From assembly GCA_950097015.1 (NCBI GenBank), contig CATNEN010000027.1:1-64000 (forward strand): DNA of 64,000 nt, given 5' to 3'. The notes under the pieces are model-generated. The model worked only from the letters and a program-made list of their open reading frames with translations. It was not told the origin of the DNA and ran no database searches. Position 1 is the stretch's first letter, and each line of letters opens with the position of its first letter. The translations under genes were made by a program, and so were the position numbers. The stretch comes from Macrostomum hystrix. Lineage: Eukaryota; Animalia; Platyhelminthes. Of this stretch, positions 57,865 to 64,000 are shown piece by piece.

Positions 57865-60030
57865 GCTCTCTACTGCCTCCCTACTGCTCTCTCCCCCTCC
57901 CTGCCGCTCTCTCCACTCTCTGACGCTCTCTCCCCTCTCTGGCGCTCTCTCGCCTCTCTGGCGCTCATCTCTCCCTTCTCTGGCGCTCTCTCCCCTCTCT
58001 GACGCTCATCTCTCCCTTCTCTGGCGCTCATCTCTCCCCTCTCTAGCGCTCTCTCCCCTCTCTGCCGCTGTCTCCCCTCTCTGGCGCTCATCTCTCCCTT
58101 CTCTGGCGCTCTCTCCCCTCTCTGACGCTCTCTCCCCTCTCTGGCGCTCATCTCTCCCTTCTCTGGCGCTCATCTCTCCCTTCTCTGGCGCTCATCTCTC
58201 CCTTCTCTGGCGCTCATCTCTCCCTTCTCTGGCGCTCTCTCCCCTCTCTGGCGCTCTCTCCCCTCTCTGACGCTCATCTCTCCCCTCTCTAGCGCTCTCT
58301 CCCCTCTCTGCCGCTGTCTCCCCTCTGTGGCGCTCATCTCTCCCTTCTCTGGCGCTCATCTCTCCCTTCTCTGGCGCTCATCTCTCCCTTCTCTGGCGCT
58401 CATCTCTCCCTTCTCTGGCGCTCATCTCTCCCTTCTCTGGCGCTCATCTCTCCCTTCTCTGGCGCTCATCTCTCCCTTCTCTGGCGCTCTCTCCCCTCTC
58501 TGGCGCTCTCTCCCCTCTCTGGCGCTCATCTCTCCCCTCTCTGACGCTCATCTCTCCCTTCTCTGGCGCTCATCTCTCCCCTCTCTAGCGCTCTCTCCCC
58601 TCTCTGCCGCTGTCTCCCCTCTCTGGCGCTCATCTCTCCCTTCTCTGGCGCTCTCTCCCCTCTCTGACGCTCTCTCCCCTCTCTGGCGCTCATCTCTCCC
58701 TTCTCTGGCGCTCATCTCTCCCTTCTCTGGCGCTCATCTCTCCCTTCTCTGGCGCTCATCTCTCCCTTCTCTGGCGCTCATCTCTCCCCTCTCTAGCGCT
58801 CTCTCCCCTCTCTGCCGCTGTCTCCCCTCTCTGGCGCTCATCTCTCCCTTCTCTGGCGCTCATCTCTCCCTTCTCTGGCGCTCACCTCTCCCTTCTCTGG
58901 CGCTCATCTCTCCCTTCTCTGGCGCTCATCTCTCCCTTCTCTGGCGCTCATCTCTCCCTTCTCTGGCGCTCATCTCTCCCTTCTCTGGCGCTCATCTCTC
59001 CCTTCTCTGGCGCTCTCTCCCCTCTCTGGCGCTCTCTCCCCTCTCTGACGCTCATCTCTCCCCTCTCTAGCGCTCTCTCCCCTCTCTGCCGCTGTCTCCC
59101 CTCTCTGGCGCTCATCTCTCCCCTCTCTGACGCTCATCTCTCCCTTCTCTGGCGCTCATCTCTCCCCTCTCTAGCGCTCTCTCCCCTCTCTGCCGCTGTC
59201 TCCCCTCTCTGGCGCTCATCTCTCCCTTCTCTGGCGCTCTCTCCCCTCTCTGACGCTCTCTCCCCTCTCTGGCGCTCATCTCTCCCTTCTCTGGCGCTCA
59301 TCTCTCCCTTCTCTGGCGCTCATCTCTCCCTTCTCTGGCGCTCATCTCTCCCTTCTCTGGCGCTCATCTCTCCCTTCTCTGGCGCTCATCTCTCCCCTCT
59401 CTAGCGCTCTCTCCCCTCTCTGCCGCTGTCTCCCCTCTGTGGCGCTCATCTCTCCCTTCTCTGGCGCTCATCTCTCCCTTCTCTGGCGCTCATCTCTCCC
59501 TTCTCTGGCGCTCATCTCTCCCTTCTCTGGCGCTCTCTCCCCTCTCTGGCGCTCTCTCCCCTCTCTGACGCTCATCTCTCCCCTCTCTAGCGCTCTTTCC
59601 CCTCTCTGCCGCTGTCTCCCCTCTCTGGCGCTCATCTCTCCCTTCTCTGGCGCTCATCTCTCCCTTCTCTGGCGCTCATTTCTCCCTTCTCTGGCGCTCA
59701 TCTCTCCCTTCTCTGGCGCTCATCTCTCCCTTCTCTGGCGCTCATCTCTCCCTTCTCTGGCGCTCTCTCCCCTCTCTGGCGCTCTCTCCCCTCTCTGACG
59801 CTCATCTCTCCCCTCTCTAGCGCTCTCTCCCCTCTCTGCCGCTGTCTCCCCTCTCTGGCGCTCATCTCTCCCTTCTCTGGCGCTCATCTCTCCCCTCTCT
59901 GGCGCTCTCTCCCCCTCTCTGCCGCTCTCTCCTCCTCTCTGGCGGTCTCTCCCCTCTCTGGCGGTCTCTCCCCTCTCTGGCGGTCTCTCCCCTCTCTGGC
60001 GGTCTCTCCCCTCTCTGGCGGTCTCTCCTT
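57865..60030. repeat. ~22-bp minisatellite (CTGGCGCTCATCTCTCCCTTCT, with 19-21-bp variants)
   Basis: Direct read, ~2.1 kb, with recurring variant blocks. Confidence 0.95.
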
Positions 60031-60584
60031 CCACTCCGTTATCTCCCTTATCAATCGCATTATCTCGCCCATCCATTCTCTTAAATCTCCCCTATCCGCT
60101 CTGTTATCTCTCCGGATAGCAGCTTGCAAGCTTCTATTCCAGGAAATTGAATTGCTCAGCGCATTGGCTATTGGCTATTAATTAGTGTAATTGCATATTA
60201 GTAAATTTGCTATGCGATGTTGAAACTCTTAACTGATCAGCCGAACGCAACAAAGATTGATGGATAAGAAGTAATCAGAAAATCGCTTCATTTAACAGAA
60301 TTTGATCAGGAATATTATTGAACAGACTAATCAGAAAAACTGCTAATTTTGACTGCTAATACGAGCTCGTATATCGCACTGATAAGGATTCAGAATGCAG
60401 ACTCCATTATTACAACTAGCAAGTAAAATTGCCTGGATAATAAAAAACATACGAGCTATTAGCTAATTATACTTACTTCTTATTCTTGCGTGTTTAGAAA
60501 CCATCTGATTATGGAAGTGGGCCGTACGTAGATCAAAAGTAAAGTTCTTTCTAAAGTACTAACTTTGTTAAAACCTCACTCCTT

Positions 60585-61480
60585 TGCCCCACCTCACTCC
60601 CTAGCCCAACCTCACTCCCTAGCCCCAACTCACTCCCTAGCCCCATATCACTCCCTAGCCCCATCTCACTCCCTAGCCCCATCTCACTCCCTAGCCCCAA
60701 CTCACTCCCTAGCCCCAACTCACTCCCTAGCCCCACATCACTCCCTAGCCCCAACTCACTCCCTAGCCCCAACTCACTCCCTAGCCCCATCTCACTCCCT
60801 AGCCCCAACTCACTCCCTAGCCCCAACTCACTCCCTAGCCCCAACTCACTCCCTAGCCCCAACTCACTCCCTAGCCCCATCTCACTCCCTAGCCCCAACT
60901 CACTCCCTAGCCCCAACTCACTCCCTAGCCCCAACTCACTCCCTAGCCCCACATCACTCCCTAGCCCCAACTCACTCCCTAGCCCCAACTCACTCCCTAG
61001 CCCCAACTCACTCCCTAGCCCCAACTCACTCCCTAGCCCCAACTCACTCCCTAGCCCCACATCACTCCCTAGCCCAACCTCACTCCCTAGCCCCAACTCA
61101 CTCCCTAGCCCCAACTCACTCCCTAGCCCCAACTCACTCCCTAGCCCCAACTCACTCCCTAGCCCCAACTCACTCCCTAGCCCCAACTCACTCCCTAGCC
61201 CCAACTCACTCCCTAGCCCCAACTCACTCCCTAGCCCCACATCACTCCCTAGCCCAACCTCACTCCCTAGCCCCAACTCACTCCCTAGCCCCACATCACT
61301 CCCTAGCCCCAACTCACTCCCTAGCCCCACCTCACTCCCTAGCCCCACATCAATCCCTAGCCCCACCTCACTCCCTAGCCCCACATTACTCCCTAGCCCC
61401 AACTCACTCCCTAGCCCCAACTCACTCCCTAGCCCTAACTCAATCCCTAGCCCCACTTCACTCCCTAGCCCCACCTCACT
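60585..61480. repeat. 18-bp minisatellite (CACTCCCTAGCCCCAACT)
   Basis: About 49 units. It produces the spurious (GLGSEL)n and (HSLAPT)n ORFs. Confidence 0.96.
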
Positions 61481-61519
61481 GGAGTCTCAATTTTTAGGAA
61501 GTTTTGGATAGTTCCTATT

Positions 61520-61810
61520 CCCTCATTCCCAGATCCTCAGTGCGGAATCCTATTTCCCCATTCCCAGATCCTCAGTGCGGAATCCCATTCCCTGATTCAC
61601 AGATCCTCAGTGCGGAATCCTATTCCCTGATTCCCAGATCCTCAGTGCGGAATCCCATTCCCTGATTCCCAGATCCTCAGTGCGGAATCCTATTCCCTGA
61701 TTCCCAGATCCTCAGTGCGGAATCCCATTCCCTGATTCCCAGATCCTCAGTGCGGAATCTCATTCCCTGATTCCCAGATCCTCAGTGCGGAATCCCATTT
61801 CCTCATTTTC
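61520..61810. repeat. 35-bp minisatellite (CCCAGATCCTCAGTGCGGAATCCCATTCCCTGATT)
   Basis: About 8 units. Confidence 0.93.
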
Positions 61811-62792
61811 AGTTCTATCCCATTTTGTTCGCTTTTCCTAAATTTCATTTTTTTTTTAAGCGCAGATGCTAGCAAAGGTGTGTTTATCTACAATGTAAAC
61901 GCTTACTAGTAAGACACGTGTTGTAGATTATCGTAAATTGAGTAATTGAACACATTTCTCTAAACCACGAAGTCAAGCTGACGAAATTCATTATTGAAGG
62001 TCGTCTTTTTCTCATAAGAGAATAATTTCACTCGTGCCACAATGCGCTTTCAGATTAGTCAGTACAATGGCAATGCCTATTGCTCTATGAACCTTCATCT
62101 TCAAAGCTGAGGTCATGGACCCAATGACCCCATAACTAAGGTCTCCCAAAATTCATTACAATGGCCCCGTCTCGGATTCGATTACGTAAAGACAGGATTT
62201 TTCCGATCCGTGTCCCAAAGTTTCCGACGAGATATGCCACCCCTCTTTCCCCAAAATTTTAGGGAGAAATTCTCGCTGGGAATTGCGGGAGTAGGGGATG
62301 CCAAAACCCGTGTGACCCGACACTGACCTGGTGGGGACACCCGTAGGGATGTGGCGAATCTAGAGAGAATGGGAGACAAGCTCTGGGAGCCCCTCTTAAA
62401 GACCCCTCAAAAATTATTTCTTTCTTTCTCTGGGCTAGTTCAACTCCGTGACGTCATATGGGCTGGAGTCTGGGGTCGAGAGCTAAAAATAGATTTCCTA
62501 TCGCGGAGAGTTTTTCAACAGAAGCTAACCCCCCCTGACCAATGGGGTTGGCGGCGAGGCAGAAGGGACCCTGGCAGTGGTTGTCCAACCAACGCAAGGG
62601 CCGGAGGGCACTTGGGCGACGCACCGCTAGTCTCACTGGGGTCTGGGTTCGTGACCCGGGGGCGAGGCGAGGTCACGTGGTGGTCAGCTCCAGTTTTTGC
62701 GGATATAAATAAAAGCCCGATTAAAAAAAACGGAGATCTTAAAATCATTGCGACTCATCAAAGAAGACAACTCTTGAACGGAGCACTCCAAA

Positions 62793-63477
62793 ATGAACTG
62801 CAAGTGGATTCCCTACTCAGAGGTAAGTGGATTTCATTCTGTTTATTTGTCAGTCAAAGGACAGATCACGTGGTTTCAAGTAGCTTATAGGGAGAGGTCA
62901 GGAGTTCGATTCTCAGCCTCTAGGCTAGCGATTTGCCATTGTGGGCTTCGTGGAATTCCTATTTCTAAACGATTTCAGGTTTTCGAGGCAAACATCGCGA
63001 CTTGCTCCCTGGCTGCGACCTCCGTGATTCTGCTGGCGATTCTGTGGCAAAGCACTCGCAGCCGATCTTCGTCAACCGACGATCGTCGACTTCGCCAGCC
63101 GCCGGGCTGTCTGGGCCTGCCGCTGCTTGGCGAGACTTTGCACTTTCTGAGGCTGGGCATGCGCGGCTTCTACGAGTCCAGACACGCCACTTTCGGCGAC
63201 GTGTTCAAGACCCGCCTGTGGGGCCTGCCGCTAGTTAGGGTCCGGGGCGCGGCCAACATCGCCACCCTGACTGGCCGTGGGCTCGAACCCGCGCTGCCCC
63301 CGGCGGCCAGGCGAATCCTTGGCGACTCCTGCGGCCTGGTGACAGCGCGGGGTTTGGCGCACGACCGGCTGAAGAGGCGACTGGCGCCGTATTTTAGCGC
63401 AAGATTCTTGGCCGGCTACGCCGACGATATCGGCGGGGCGATTCGGCGACACCTGGGCGACTGGGCGAAACAGCCGA
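62793..63477 (+). CDS. CYP26: Cytochrome P450, CYP26-like (first two exons, 62793-62822 and 62979-~63477; gene continues beyond the window)
   Basis: A membrane anchor, then PPGCLGLPLLGETLHFL...RHATFGDVFKTRLWGLPLVRVRGAANI, closely paralleling the CYP26 N-terminus (PPG.MG.P..GETLH.L...YG.VFKT.L.G.P..RV.GA.N). Heme-binding region not in the window. Confidence 0.65.
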
Positions 63478-63534
63478 GTTAGTAAAAAACATTGGGATAT
63501 TCTTAATCGTTAGGGCCGATTAAGAGTATCAGAG

Positions 63535-63990
63535 GGGTGGATAAAGAGAATCGATGGGGCGGATAGAAAGAATTGGATGGGGTGGATGGAGCAGATAGAT
63601 AGAGTTGAAGGGGCGGATAGATAGAGTTGAAGGGGCGGATAGATAGAGTTGAAGGGGCGGATAGATAGAGTTGAAGGGGCGGATAGATAGAGTTGAAGGG
63701 GTGGATAGAGAGGATCGAAGGGGGCGGATAGAGAAGATCGAAGGGGGCGGATAGAGAAAATCGAAGGGAGCGGATAGAGAGGATCGAAGGGGGCGGATAG
63801 AGAAAATCGAAGGGGTGGATAGAGAGAATCGAAGGGGTGGATAGAGAGAATCGAAGGGGTGGATAGAGAGAATCGAAGGGGTGGATAGAGAGAATCGAAG
63901 GGGTGGATAGAGAGAATCGAAGGGGGCGGATAGAGAGAATCGAAGGGGGCGGATAGAGAGAATCGAAGAGGTGGATAGAGAGAATCTATG
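63535..63990. repeat. 22-bp minisatellite (ATAGAGAGAATCGAAGGGGTGG) in the P450 intron
   Basis: Direct read. Confidence 0.92.
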
Positions 63991-64000
63991 CATATTCTCA

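Noticed and set aside
47743-61497. Repeat-derived ORFs: (LALVSIP)n, (MWDQMGCGIRWDVGSDG)n, (GEFGVGRDSTGW)n, (LALISPFSG)n, (GLGSEL)n, (HSLAPT)n
   Set aside because: Each coincides exactly with a minisatellite in an intron or intergenic region.
62182-62890. ORFs upstream of the P450 (62351-62890 and others)
   Set aside because: No recognisable motifs and no coding-like bias. More likely promoter/5' UTR or a decayed repeat.

Overview
Eukaryotic (animal) genomic DNA with GT-AG introns, GC3-rich exons and many minisatellites. The style and gene content suggest a free-living flatworm such as Macrostomum, but that is inference only. Main contents: (1) A 30-exon minus-strand gene (ATG 31472, stop 11680) that splices into a ~5,326-aa secreted, very Lys/Arg/Cys-rich modular protein: signal peptide, vWD-C8-TIL, 2x ShKT, long runs of an unnamed alternating Cys repeat, a MIDAS-degenerate vWA, PAN/Apple and 3 more ShKT. 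(2) A near-perfect inverted duplication of its 3' part (1-7992 mirrors 11319-19311 and probably continues left of the window). The two copies are tail-to-tail. I found one SNP and one frameshifting base between them. The 3.3-kb spacer is a patchwork of Gypsy gag/LTR and Bel/Pao pol fragments joined by a 20-bp minisatellite. (3) HSBP1 (2 exons). (4) LRRCC1 (8 exons, no usable ATG in its first visible exon), with an intronless peptide GPCR nested antisense in one intron. (5) An orphan 233-aa ORF. (6) The 5' part of a CYP26-like P450. (7) Two tRNA-derived SINE families and more than a dozen minisatellite arrays. No rRNA, functional tRNA or CRISPR array was found.
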